A stretch of DNA of 64,000 bases from Hyalangium minutum (GTDB lineage: Bacteria; Myxococcota; Myxococcia; Myxococcales; Myxococcaceae), in the NCBI RefSeq assembly GCF_000737315.1, contig NZ_JMCB01000002.1:186001-250000 (forward strand), in the 5' to 3' direction. A model generated the notes under the pieces. That model searched no databases and was not told the DNA's origin. It saw only the letters and a list, made by a program, of their open reading frames with translations. The first letter of the stretch is position 1, and every line of letters starts with the position of its first letter. A program made the translations under genes and the position numbers. Positions 55,386-64,000 of the stretch are shown here, one piece after another.

Positions 55386-57188
55386 GTGTTCACGCCTGCA
55401 TACCCCCCCCGTGTTCCCTCGCGCCGGCTCGCGGCGCTTGCGCTGTGCGCCCTGTTCGCCGTGGCGGGCTGTACCGCCTTTGGCCGTGCCGTGAAGGAGG
55501 GTGACCAGTTCACCACCGAGCACAAATGGGCCGAGGCCGAGGCCGCCTACCTGCGCGCGCTCGCCGCGGATCCCGACGCGTCCGAGGTGACGGTCAAGCT
55601 GCGCTCCGTGCGCAAGGAGTGGAGCAAGGAGACCTACGACCAGGCCCAGAGCGTCCACGCCACCGGCGATCTGCCCGGCGCCCAGAAGCTGCTGCTCCGG
55701 GCCCTGGAGCTGGATGGAGAGAATGAGCCCGCGCGGACGTTGCTGACGCAGACGCTGGACGCGCGCGTGGCCGCAGGGCAGGCGGCGCTGAAGGAGGAGC
55801 GGCTGCAGGATGCGCGCGCCGAGTTCGACGCGGTGTTGGCCGTCTCGCCGGACCACGTGGCAGCTCGCAAAGGTGTGGATGCGGTGCAGGTAGCCTGGGC
55901 CCGGCGCTGGTTCAAGACGGCCCAGCAGCTCGAGGAGAGCGGGAAGCTGGGCAACGCGCTGCTGGCGTACCTGCGCGCGGACCAGGAGCGCGTGGGTGCC
56001 ACCGCGGCCCGCGAGCGCGCCGAGGCCGTGCGTCAGAAGCTGCGCGATGAGGTGGCCTACCTGGTGGTGGCTACCCCCGTGGAGGACAAGGCTCAGGCGC
56101 CGGATGTGGCCCAGCGGCTGGCCGCTGGACGGCTGGCCTCGATGCTCCCCAAGGAAGTGCCCATCCGTGTGGTGACGGAAGCTCCCGAGTCCAAGGTGGG
56201 TGTGAAGCTGGACCTGACCCTGGAGCGGGTGCTGCCCCTCAAGGCCGTGGAGCCCTTCCAGAAGACCCAGCGGTATCTGGCTGGCAATCGCTCCGTGCCC
56301 AACCCCAAGCGCCGGCAGTTCGAGGACCGGCTGCTCAACGCCGAGCGCACGCTGGAGGAGGTGGAGCGCAAGCAGGCCGTGGCGCTGCGCGACTACCTGC
56401 GCCGGCAGGCGGAGCTGAACACCGTGCGCCAGACGGCCGAGCGCTGCCGCGAGCGCGAGCGCAAGACCTGCCTGGAGATCATCCAGCGGTGCGGCGAGGC
56501 CGTCCGGGAGGTGGAGCAGGCTGGGCAGGTGCCCGAGGAGTGCAACCCGACGGCGTGCGCCACCCGTCAGTGCGGCCAGGAGGAAGCACTGCTGGCTCAG
56601 AATGCTGCCGTGGTGCTGCAGTTGGAGAAGCAGTTGGACGCGAGCTTGGAGCAGAACGAGCAGCAGCGGCGTGAGGTCCAACGCGGCCGGGACACCATGT
56701 TCCGCGAGCCCATCACGGTGGAGGAGCCGATGTACTCGGACTTCGTCTACGACGTGGAGCTGCACCGGCTCACCGTGAAGGCCACGGTCACCTCCGTGCT
56801 TCGGGAGCTGATGTCGGCCCAGGCCCCGCCCGCACCGGTGACGCAGGACTATGAGGTGAAGCACGAGGACTCCAGCAACAAGGGCTATGACCGGTATGGC
56901 GTGCTGGCGGATCCGGTGCAGCTGCGCAACGAGCTGGAGCTGCGCGTGGAGGTGGGCGACACGGCCATGGCGGACCTGGCCCACCGCGTGATGGAGCGCT
57001 TCGACGCGTATCGCCAGAAGCGGGTGGAGGATGCGCGCCGCGGCATGGTGCGCCCCGGCGCCGAGGATGTGGTGGAGACGTCGGTGCGGGTGCTGCTGCT
57101 GACCGCGGACAAGCCGCCCTCGGACATCCTCCTGCCTGTGACCCAGGCTCGGGGCCTGCAGCGCCCAGAGTCCCTCTTCAACAAGTGA
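55386..57188 (+). CDS. TPR-containing lipoprotein; candidate homolog of the myxobacterial outer-membrane-exchange accessory lipoprotein TraC (unverified)
   Basis: GTG 55386, signal peptide with lipobox VAGC, TPR helices (AEAAYLRALAADP, LLRALELDGEN), coiled coil with a Cys cluster. TraC similarity is from memory only. Confidence 0.75.
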   Translation: MFTPAYPPRVPSRRLAALALCALFAVAGCTAFGRAVKEGDQFTTEHKWAEAEAAYLRALAADPDASEVTVKLRSVRKEWSKETYDQAQSVHATGDLPGAQKLLLRALELDGENEPARTLLTQTLDARVAAGQAALKEERLQDARAEFDAVLAVSPDHVAARKGVDAVQVAWARRWFKTAQQLEESGKLGNALLAYLRADQERVGATAARERAEAVRQKLRDEVAYLVVATPVEDKAQAPDVAQRLAAGRLASMLPKEVPIRVVTEAPESKVGVKLDLTLERVLPLKAVEPFQKTQRYLAGNRSVPNPKRRQFEDRLLNAERTLEEVERKQAVALRDYLRRQAELNTVRQTAERCRERERKTCLEIIQRCGEAVREVEQAGQVPEECNPTACATRQCGQEEALLAQNAAVVLQLEKQLDASLEQNEQQRREVQRGRDTMFREPITVEEPMYSDFVYDVELHRLTVKATVTSVLRELMSAQAPPAPVTQDYEVKHEDSSNKGYDRYGVLADPVQLRNELELRVEVGDTAMADLAHRVMERFDAYRQKRVEDARRGMVRPGAEDVVETSVRVLLLTADKPPSDILLPVTQARGLQRPESLFNK

Positions 57189-57248
57189 CCTGCTAGGTTG
57201 AGCCCCAGGGCCTCCTCGCTCGAATCTTCTCCCGTTCGCCAAACCGAA

Positions 57249-57285
57249 CGTGTTAGGTAGGCCGCAGGAGGTCCTACCCAACATG
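57249..57285 (+). promoter_or_regulatory. Hairpin enclosing the Shine-Dalgarno and pairing the AUG of the 57283 gene
   Basis: CGTGTT-a-GGTAGG / CCTACC-c-AACATG: 12 pairs (one G-U) and one mismatch; AGGAGG (57266-57271) lies in the 11-nt loop. Confidence 0.45.
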
Positions 57286-58182
57286 GCTCCGAACTCTCAT
57301 CCGCTCGTCACCATGTTTGAGCGGTTTGTCGTCTTCCAGCAGCCACACCTGGAGATCGGGCGGCGCTATATCCAGGCGTTTGGGTTGGCCAAGGGAGTCA
57401 ATGCCATCGTCGAGGACATGAACGAGGGGCGCCTGCCTTGGGACAAGGCCCAGAAGGTCCTGGCGCAGATGCATTACCTCTTCATCGAGTCCATCGTCCG
57501 GCGGGTGGGCTTCGAGCGCTTCAGTGATGTGCTCAAGGAGCCGGAGTACCTGGCCATGCAGGCGCAGAGCGTCGCGAGCGAGCAGCAGCGCCATGGCCCC
57601 TTCCCAGAAGATCGCTATGCCCGAGCGATCGAGTCGTTCGCCTGGAACTCCCTGCGCCACTGGCACTTCGTGGCGCAAGACCTTGGGGGCCGCCACATCT
57701 ATGAAATCACTCCCCGGCTTGCCCAGGTGCTGCGCCGGCCTCCTCCCCTGGAGGAGCCTTGGAGAAGGCCTCGGCTCCCCGTGCCCTCCTTGCTTCTCAT
57801 TGTCCCCGAAGAGGCGAAGCTCACCATCACCCTGAAAGGCTTCACCTCCCGGGAGGTCACCGAGATCTACGTTGTCGAGTCATCGCCGCCGCAGCACCAG
57901 TGGGCTGTGTGGATCCACGCTCCCATCGACGACTCCCTCAGTGAATCTGTGTATCTCGAGCTCCCGTTCTCCGCGGAGGGCACCCTCGAGGAGGGCCTCG
58001 ACCGCGCGCACGACATGTTCCAGAAGGACTCGCCGTCGATCGACGGCTGGAAGGAGTGCGTGCGCTGGCTCGCCGCCGCCATGCGCTACCTGGACCAGGG
58101 GGGGGCCCGCATGGAGTTCCAGCCCGGGGAGAGTGATCCTTCGCGCCGCGTCCTCATCGGCGACTCGGAGGCCATTCAATAG
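57283..58182 (+). CDS. Hypothetical protein (299 aa)
   Basis: AGGAGG before ATG 57283, normal globular composition, GC-biased codons; no family recognised. Confidence 0.75.
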   Translation: MAPNSHPLVTMFERFVVFQQPHLEIGRRYIQAFGLAKGVNAIVEDMNEGRLPWDKAQKVLAQMHYLFIESIVRRVGFERFSDVLKEPEYLAMQAQSVASEQQRHGPFPEDRYARAIESFAWNSLRHWHFVAQDLGGRHIYEITPRLAQVLRRPPPLEEPWRRPRLPVPSLLLIVPEEAKLTITLKGFTSREVTEIYVVESSPPQHQWAVWIHAPIDDSLSESVYLELPFSAEGTLEEGLDRAHDMFQKDSPSIDGWKECVRWLAAAMRYLDQGGARMEFQPGESDPSRRVLIGDSEAIQ

Positions 58183-58191
58183 GAGAGGGAC

Positions 58192-61100
58192 TCACGGGGC
58201 CTTGGCCACCGGGATCATCTCCTCGCGGCGCAGCAGGAGCAGCGCGTCGTTCTTCGGCAGGATTCGCACCTGGAAGCGCCGCCGGTACTCATCCTCCGGT
58301 GTGAAGACGCCCCGGTCACTCACCAGCAGCAGCGCCGTGGGCACGACGTACCGCTGGGAGCGGTTACCGTAGTAGTGCACCACCACGTGATACGGCCCCG
58401 GTGCCGCTTTGCGCGCGTGGTACAGCTCCGGCCCCAATCCATCCGTGATGTCCCAGAAGAGCTTGCCGCCCAGCTGCGTCGTCCGGTGGGAGTAGAAGCA
58501 GCGCTCCCCGTTGGGCTCGATCACCCAGAGGTCGATGTCCGTGTTGTCCGAGTTCCAGTGCGTGGTGAGCTGGTAGTCGATCGGCTGGAAGTCCATGGCC
58601 ACTCCGTCTTGCTGGAGCTTCGCCAGCTCGGCTTGCCGGGCGCGCAGCACGCTCGCGATACCCTCCGCACGCGGGTGCCGGGCCAGGCCGTTGAGCATGC
58701 GGGCGTAGTGGTAGGCCGCCGCCGTCCTCAGCTCCGAAGGGTGCCGCGGCCAGTTGCGCGCCAGGACGATCTCGTAGTTGCGCGCCGCCTCCGAGTAGCG
58801 GCCTGTCGCGTCCAGCGCCAGCGCCTCCTCGAGGAACGCCTGGGCTTCGAAGGGCCGGTTGAGCCGCACATGCTCGAAGAGCTCCGCCGCCGCCGGGTAC
58901 TGGCCCAGCGCCAACATGCCGTAGCCCACCAGGCGCAGCGCCTCGGCGTCCGTTGGCCGCAGCTCCACCGGTGAGGAGAGCGCCCGCACCGCGCCCCAGG
59001 TGTCTCCCACGAAGGCCCGCTTGCGCGCGATGGCTTCGTACACGAGCACGTCATCCCGGTTCTCGCGCCGCGCCGTCCGGTACTGCAGCTCCGCCTGGAG
59101 GCGCTCGTCCCCTCCCGCGTAGGGCTCGTCCTTGAGCGGTTGCTTCCGCAACATCGCTCCCAGCTGGCTCTTGAGCTCGCTCAGCTTACGCACCACCTGC
59201 CGGCCCGAGTCCGGTACGTCATCCAGGGCGATACCCAGCAGCTTGTCGCGCCGCTGATCCTCTTCCTTCCTGCGCAGCCCCTCCAGGTCCTGCAGGTCCA
59301 CCTGCTCGTTCTTCACGGAGTAGCGGGTGTAGTCGCCCTCGGACTCCAGCACGAGCATGGAGGCTCGCGCGTTGGCCAGCCGGTAGTGCTGGCTGAGCGC
59401 CACCACCATCCGGTCCAGCCGTTCGTCATCCAGTGAGACGAGCCGCGACACGAAGAGCTCCGCCCACGCCCGGGGCGCGAAGCTGCTGTCCGTGTCGCGC
59501 GGCAGCGGCACGCGCAGCACGCGCTCTTGCTCGCCCACGCGGGTCACCACTTCCAGCTCCGCCGCGCCTTCGCCCGGCAGCCGCCCCGCCACCTGTAGCT
59601 CCTGGCCCGGGAAGACGAGCCGCGGACGGCCCGCCACCACCAGATCCTTCACTGCCGTGCCCTTCACCTCCACACGTGCCAGCACGACCGAGGCTGCACG
59701 GTGTGCCAGGGCCGCCGCGTCCACCTCCAAGCCGGACAGCACGTTCACCACGCGGCCGTCGCTGGCACGCGCCAGCGCGTCGAACAGCTCCTGGTTCACC
59801 GCCGACTCGCCGAAGCGGTAGGTCATCCACCGCAGCGTCTCCACGCTCGGGTGGTTGGCCACCAGCGCCTCCACGCGCCCCTGGCCCCAGGTGGTGAGGC
59901 CGTCCGAGAGCAGGAACGCCGTCACCCGCTCCCCCGCTTTGGCCGGCTTGAGCCAGTCGCCTCCCGCATGGTCCAGCTCCTCCAGCATTCCGTCCACGTG
60001 CGAGGCCCCCTCCAGGAAGATGTTCTCCAGCTCGGAGAACGTCTGCTGGCGGTGCTCGACGTCGTTGGGCCGCCAGCCCGGGCTGTGGAGCCAGCGCGGG
60101 CGCACGTCGAACAGCAGCACCGCGTACTCCTTCAGCGAGTCATCCTTCTCCAGCAGGGCTCGCAGCGTGGCGGCCTGGAGCGCCCAGGCGTTGCCGTCGT
60201 CCGCTGACAGCGAGGTGTCCACCACCAGCACCGCACGTCCCGTGGGAGGGCCCCCCTCCCCCGAGGTCAGCTTCTCGGGCAGCCGCACCCGCGCGTAGAA
60301 GGCCTGTCCCGGAAGCCCCGCCGCGTCCTTGCCCACCAGCACGTCCGCGTCCGCGTTCCGTGGCGCCAGTGCCACCGCCAGCGTGCCGTCTCCCTGAAGC
60401 TTGGGCAGATCATGCGCCTGCCAGGGGCCCAGCGTCCGAGGCTTCCCCGCCGGAGTGGGCTGCACCGACACCTCGCCTACCTGCCGCGGATCCACGTGCA
60501 CGCGCGCGGAGACCTGCACCCCTTGTCCTGCTCCCGGAGGCAGCGGCCACGTATAGCGCAGGCGCTGGCCGTCGAAGAGCAGCGTCTGCTCGTAGGCGAT
60601 GACGACCCGCTTGAGCGACTTGGGCGGCAGCGGGAACACCCTCGCGCTGAACGTCGAGGCCCCCGCCCACTCCAGCAGCGCCGGATCCACGTTGCGGCGG
60701 ACCACGTCCTCGTAGACCTCCCGGGCTCGCTTCTGCTCGACGACGCGGGCCTCCTGGCGCTCGCCCCAAGAGCGCTTCGCACCAGCAGGACTCGGAGGGG
60801 CTGCGGAGGCCAGCTCTTCCTCCTTGCCCGAACTGTCGCCCAGCGAGGGCAGCAGCTCGGATGACTGGAAGAGCGAGGGAGAGTCCACCGCCACCGAGCC
60901 CGAGTAGAGCGCGAAGCCCGCCACCGTCGCTCCTCCGGGCAGCGGGTAGAAGAAGGTCCCCTCCAGGCTGCGGGCCGTGTCGTTCTCGAAGAGGTGGTCC
61001 ACCACCGTCCGCGCCCGGGAGCCCTGGATGTACGTCACCACCCGCACTGCGCGCAGCTTGAGCGGCGCGTAGCGTCCGGACTCGTTCGTCACCAGCACCT

Positions 61101-61764
61101 TGGCCGTGCGCGGCGCGGCCTCTACCTTCGGAAGCACCGGCGTGGGGAGCGTGTCCTCCTTGCCGCCCTTGGCCTTCTTCGCGGGCTCCGGCGCGTTTCC
61201 GCCACCTGAGCTCATTCCGAAGAGCTCACCGCTTGTGGCGTTCCTCGCGGGAGCCATTCTCGCTCCTGCAGGGGCTGAGGCCCGGGGAGGAGGCGGAGGA
61301 GGCGGAGCGCTGGGAGCTGGCGCTACGGCGCCACCGAGCACACCGCCAACGACTCCGCCCACAACGCCTCCGACAACTCCTCCTTCCACTCCGTCCTCGG
61401 CCGGCGCGCTCCTCTCCGCCATCGGCTCGCCGGGAGCCTCGTGTTCCGCGGGGGCGGGGCGTGGGCGTGCCGCCTCCTCGAGCTTGGCGACCTGCTCTTC
61501 GGTAATGACCTGCGGATCCGCCACGGAGTCCCGCAGCTCCGCGAGGTCCACGGCTCCTGTGTCCGCGGCCGCGAGTACGGCCTCGGGAGCTGCCAGCCCT
61601 GCCTTCTTGAAGCGCTCCACCTCTTCCTTCGATGCCGTGGCTGCCGGGGACGCCGGCTGCGACGGAGGCGTGGGAGGCTTGGGCTCACCGGGTGTGCTAC
61701 GGGTGCAGCCCGAGAGAAGGAGCCACGTCGACAGCAGGAGGGCCGAGGCGCGCGTCAGGTGCAT
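58192..61764 (-). CDS. Lipoprotein with VIT, vWA-like, TPR and DUF2135-like domains
   Basis: Lipobox LSGC; VIT-like [12 protein letters not shown]...[10 protein letters not shown]...RVFPLPP; vWA-like LVVDTSLS...FLLSDG; TPRs; DUF2135-like [18 protein letters not shown]...[11 protein letters not shown]. Confidence 0.85.
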   Translation of the reverse strand: MHLTRASALLLSTWLLLSGCTRSTPGEPKPPTPPSQPASPAATASKEEVERFKKAGLAAPEAVLAAADTGAVDLAELRDSVADPQVITEEQVAKLEEAARPRPAPAEHEAPGEPMAERSAPAEDGVEGGVVGGVVGGVVGGVLGGAVAPAPSAPPPPPPPRASAPAGARMAPARNATSGELFGMSSGGGNAPEPAKKAKGGKEDTLPTPVLPKVEAAPRTAKVLVTNESGRYAPLKLRAVRVVTYIQGSRARTVVDHLFENDTARSLEGTFFYPLPGGATVAGFALYSGSVAVDSPSLFQSSELLPSLGDSSGKEEELASAAPPSPAGAKRSWGERQEARVVEQKRAREVYEDVVRRNVDPALLEWAGASTFSARVFPLPPKSLKRVVIAYEQTLLFDGQRLRYTWPLPPGAGQGVQVSARVHVDPRQVGEVSVQPTPAGKPRTLGPWQAHDLPKLQGDGTLAVALAPRNADADVLVGKDAAGLPGQAFYARVRLPEKLTSGEGGPPTGRAVLVVDTSLSADDGNAWALQAATLRALLEKDDSLKEYAVLLFDVRPRWLHSPGWRPNDVEHRQQTFSELENIFLEGASHVDGMLEELDHAGGDWLKPAKAGERVTAFLLSDGLTTWGQGRVEALVANHPSVETLRWMTYRFGESAVNQELFDALARASDGRVVNVLSGLEVDAAALAHRAASVVLARVEVKGTAVKDLVVAGRPRLVFPGQELQVAGRLPGEGAAELEVVTRVGEQERVLRVPLPRDTDSSFAPRAWAELFVSRLVSLDDERLDRMVVALSQHYRLANARASMLVLESEGDYTRYSVKNEQVDLQDLEGLRRKEEDQRRDKLLGIALDDVPDSGRQVVRKLSELKSQLGAMLRKQPLKDEPYAGGDERLQAELQYRTARRENRDDVLVYEAIARKRAFVGDTWGAVRALSSPVELRPTDAEALRLVGYGMLALGQYPAAAELFEHVRLNRPFEAQAFLEEALALDATGRYSEAARNYEIVLARNWPRHPSELRTAAAYHYARMLNGLARHPRAEGIASVLRARQAELAKLQQDGVAMDFQPIDYQLTTHWNSDNTDIDLWVIEPNGERCFYSHRTTQLGGKLFWDITDGLGPELYHARKAAPGPYHVVVHYYGNRSQRYVVPTALLLVSDRGVFTPEDEYRRRFQVRILPKNDALLLLRREEMIPVAKAP

Positions 61765-61831
61765 GCCCCGGGACGTTAGCCCAAGGTGCCTTGTGTGTGC
61801 GCCGGGGACCTGAGAGGTCCCTGCTCTCGCG

Positions 61832-63094
61832 TCAGTCCACGTTCGCGCTCACGCCACCGTGCTGGAGGCGGAGCTGCTCCAGGTGACGGCGCCGGGCGTC
61901 AGCCGCAGCCAGGTTCCACGCGCCCGCGAGCAGGCCCGTCAGCAGACAGCCCCCCCAGAGGGTGGTGGAGCCAAAACGGCCCAGCACCGTCCCGCCCAGC
62001 GCTGGCGCGAGGCAGGAGGCCACTCCCCAACTCATGGAAAAGACGCCCTGGTAGCTGCCGCGCAGCTGAGGCGAGGCGAGATCCGCCACCACCGAGGAGG
62101 AGACGGTCGCGCCGAGGATCTCCCCCACCGTCCACACGGCCACGGCGAGCATGGCCAGCGGAACGGTGGCGGACAGCGCGTGCAGCCCGAAGCCCAGCCC
62201 GGTGAACACCGCACCCGCCGCGAGCACGGAGGAGCGGCGCCACCGGGTGACGAGGCGCGCCATAATGGGCTGCAGCAGGACGATCAGCACCCCGTTGACG
62301 GCCATGATCGTCCCGTACTCCGTCGTCCGCAGTCCGCGGGCGATCAGGTCCAAGGCGAGCGCCGTGTGGCCCTGGAAGAAGATCAGCGCCACCATGAAGT
62401 TGGGCACCCAGAAGGCCAGGAAGGTCTTGTCCTTGAAGGGGACGGCCGAAGGCAGCAGCGAGCGCGAGGGGGTGAACTGGGGACTGGTCTCCGGGACCTT
62501 GAACCAGACGACGCAGCCGTAGATGAAGGTGGTGAGCGCATCCCCCACGAAGAGCAGCAGGAAGCCGCCCTGGGCCACGAAGCCTCCTAGCGGCAGGGCG
62601 ATGGCGAAGCCCACGTTCACCACCCAGTACAGCAGGCCATAGGCGCGAACCCGATCATTGGGGGCCACCACGTCCGCGACGGCTGCGGATACAGCGGGCC
62701 GGTAGAGATCTCCCAGGAGTCCGGCGGTGAAGGCGGCGATGCGCAGCCACAGGAGCTGCTCGGAGAAGCCCAGGAAGAGCATTCCTCCCGAGGCCAGCCA
62801 GAGCCCCAGCACCAGCGCGATGCGGCGCCCGAACCGGTCCGCGAGCATCCCGCCCACCAAGGAGGACAGCATCGAGCCCGCGCCGAACAGCGCCACGACA
62901 AAGCCAGCCCGCTCCTCCGTGAGGCCCCGCTCGCGCGTCAGGTAGATCGCCAGAAAGGGCACGACGAAGCCGCCCAGCCGGTTCACCAGGGTGCCCACCC
63001 ACAAGACCCAATAGGTGGAGGGCAACCCGCCGACGGTGACACGCAGCTGCTCCACGAGCTTGTGGCGGAGCGTCACGGTGGAAGGGGAGGACAT
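61832..63094 (-). CDS. Major facilitator superfamily transporter
   Basis: About 12 hydrophobic segments, motif [19 protein letters not shown]; start at ATG 63094 or 63109. Confidence 0.93.
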   Translation of the reverse strand: MSSPSTVTLRHKLVEQLRVTVGGLPSTYWVLWVGTLVNRLGGFVVPFLAIYLTRERGLTEERAGFVVALFGAGSMLSSLVGGMLADRFGRRIALVLGLWLASGGMLFLGFSEQLLWLRIAAFTAGLLGDLYRPAVSAAVADVVAPNDRVRAYGLLYWVVNVGFAIALPLGGFVAQGGFLLLFVGDALTTFIYGCVVWFKVPETSPQFTPSRSLLPSAVPFKDKTFLAFWVPNFMVALIFFQGHTALALDLIARGLRTTEYGTIMAVNGVLIVLLQPIMARLVTRWRRSSVLAAGAVFTGLGFGLHALSATVPLAMLAVAVWTVGEILGATVSSSVVADLASPQLRGSYQGVFSMSWGVASCLAPALGGTVLGRFGSTTLWGGCLLTGLLAGAWNLAAADARRRHLEQLRLQHGGVSANVD

Positions 63095-63213
63095 GCTGGC
63101 GCGCAGCATGCGCCAGAGCCCGGCGCTCTCCAAGAGGGGGGTGGGTTCACCCGTGGAGGGCGCCCGGTGCTGCCGTCGGGTGCTGGCTCGTCCCCTCGCT
63201 TGCTGAGCTGGCG

Positions 63214-63810
63214 TCAGCCTTTCACCACGGGCAGGGCCGCGAGCGCGGCGGGGCGCTTCTCCGGAGCGCACATGTTGTTGTCAGCCGGGCGCTTGCCGAA
63301 GAAGAGCTGGTTGCCCTCCACCCTCACGAGGTCGTGGTCCGTGCCGCACGCGGACGTGGGCTGGAAGAACAGGCAGCCCGTGGCTGTCGTCCGCTGCTCC
63401 TCGCCCACCTTCCACGTGCCCGTGCCGCACTTCGCGTTCTGGAACGCGTCCGCCAGCGGCTGCATGTGCGGCGTCATGTAGAGCTCTCCGAAGCCGAAGT
63501 TGCCCTCGGTGGCCCCCGGTACCGCCGCCGAGTCCTTCACCAGCGTGTACGGCCCCTGGACGCGCGCGGTGAACAGCTTCGCCTGGCACTGTGCGTCCCC
63601 GAACGCCTCCAGCCGCAGCGCCCAGGTGTTCTCCGTCAGCGTGAAGTGGCGCTGGATGTAGTTGTTGTTCCCAGCGGGTTCGCACGTGGGGCTGTCCCAG
63701 GCGCCAGCCAGTTCCTGCGGCGTCACCGCTGTCTTGGGCCCCTGCGGGGTGGTGGCGCAGGCGGCGGACAGCGCGGCGAGGGCAGCGAGGAGGCGGAGCG
63801 AGGTCTTCAT
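63214..63810 (-). CDS. Lipoprotein with APCDD1-like beta-barrel domain
   Basis: AAGGA before ATG 63810, lipobox SAAC. GAWDSPTCE...YIQRHF...FGDAQC...QGPY...GATEGNF...CGTGTWKVG pattern recalls APCDD1-domain proteins. Confidence 0.65.
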   Translation of the reverse strand: MKTSLRLLAALAALSAACATTPQGPKTAVTPQELAGAWDSPTCEPAGNNNYIQRHFTLTENTWALRLEAFGDAQCQAKLFTARVQGPYTLVKDSAAVPGATEGNFGFGELYMTPHMQPLADAFQNAKCGTGTWKVGEEQRTTATGCLFFQPTSACGTDHDLVRVEGNQLFFGKRPADNNMCAPEKRPAALAALPVVKG

Positions 63811-64000
63811 GGTGTGCTTCCTTTCACGGTGAATCGGGCGCGGCGTGCGTCCCGAACGCTCCAAGAAATGCCTCAGCCTTCGCCCTGCGGAAACGCTGGA
63901 GTTCGCCGGATACCCCTGCGAATCTGCAGGCCATGCCGCATTGGGATGACCTTCGCTACTTCCTGGCCATCGCCCGGGAGGGTTCACTCGCCTCGGCGGG

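Noticed and set aside
61331-61390. 12-bp-period repeat encoding [18 protein letters not shown]
   Set aside because: Synonymously diverged low-complexity coding repeat, common in myxobacterial linkers; not a contingency locus.

Overview
This is high-GC myxobacterial (Cystobacterineae-like) chromosomal DNA. The assignment rests on a MYXO-CTERM-like tail, an AgmC-like protein, many lipoproteins and a Hanks kinase. The centre (about 20.0-52.0 kb) is an accessory block that looks less GC-rich in places, made of two divergent operons. Leftward is a type VI secretion operon: tssJ-K-L-M-B-C-hcp-tssE-F-G, an uncharacterised lipoprotein, an NAD(P)-binding protein, vgrG, an uncharacterised TPR protein, a PAAR-like/DUF6531/Rhs toxin and a YwqG-like immunity candidate. 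No tssA, clpV or Eag chaperone gene is recognisable in the window. Rightward is a TraB-like beta-barrel/TSP3/OmpA protein, a 1865-aa AgmC-like Ig-repeat surface protein with a MYXO-CTERM-like tail, and a membrane Ser/Thr kinase. The left flank holds a SWIM-SNF2 helicase with an upstream partner gene, an M16 peptidase pair, a DUF1615 lipoprotein, an M4 protease, a DUF427/acyl-CoA dehydrogenase/Cys-rich operon and a three-gene HK-RR-hybrid cassette. The right flank holds SPW, FRG, small Cys-rich, DsbA, TPR-lipoprotein, VIT/vWA/DUF2135, MFS and APCDD1-like genes. The best candidate for an undescribed system is the T6SS paired head-to-head with an adhesin/porin/kinase operon, together with an unfamiliar TPR adaptor between vgrG and rhs. 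All family calls come from reading motifs by eye; no database searches were run. No CRISPR array, tRNA, rRNA, transposase or integrase was seen.
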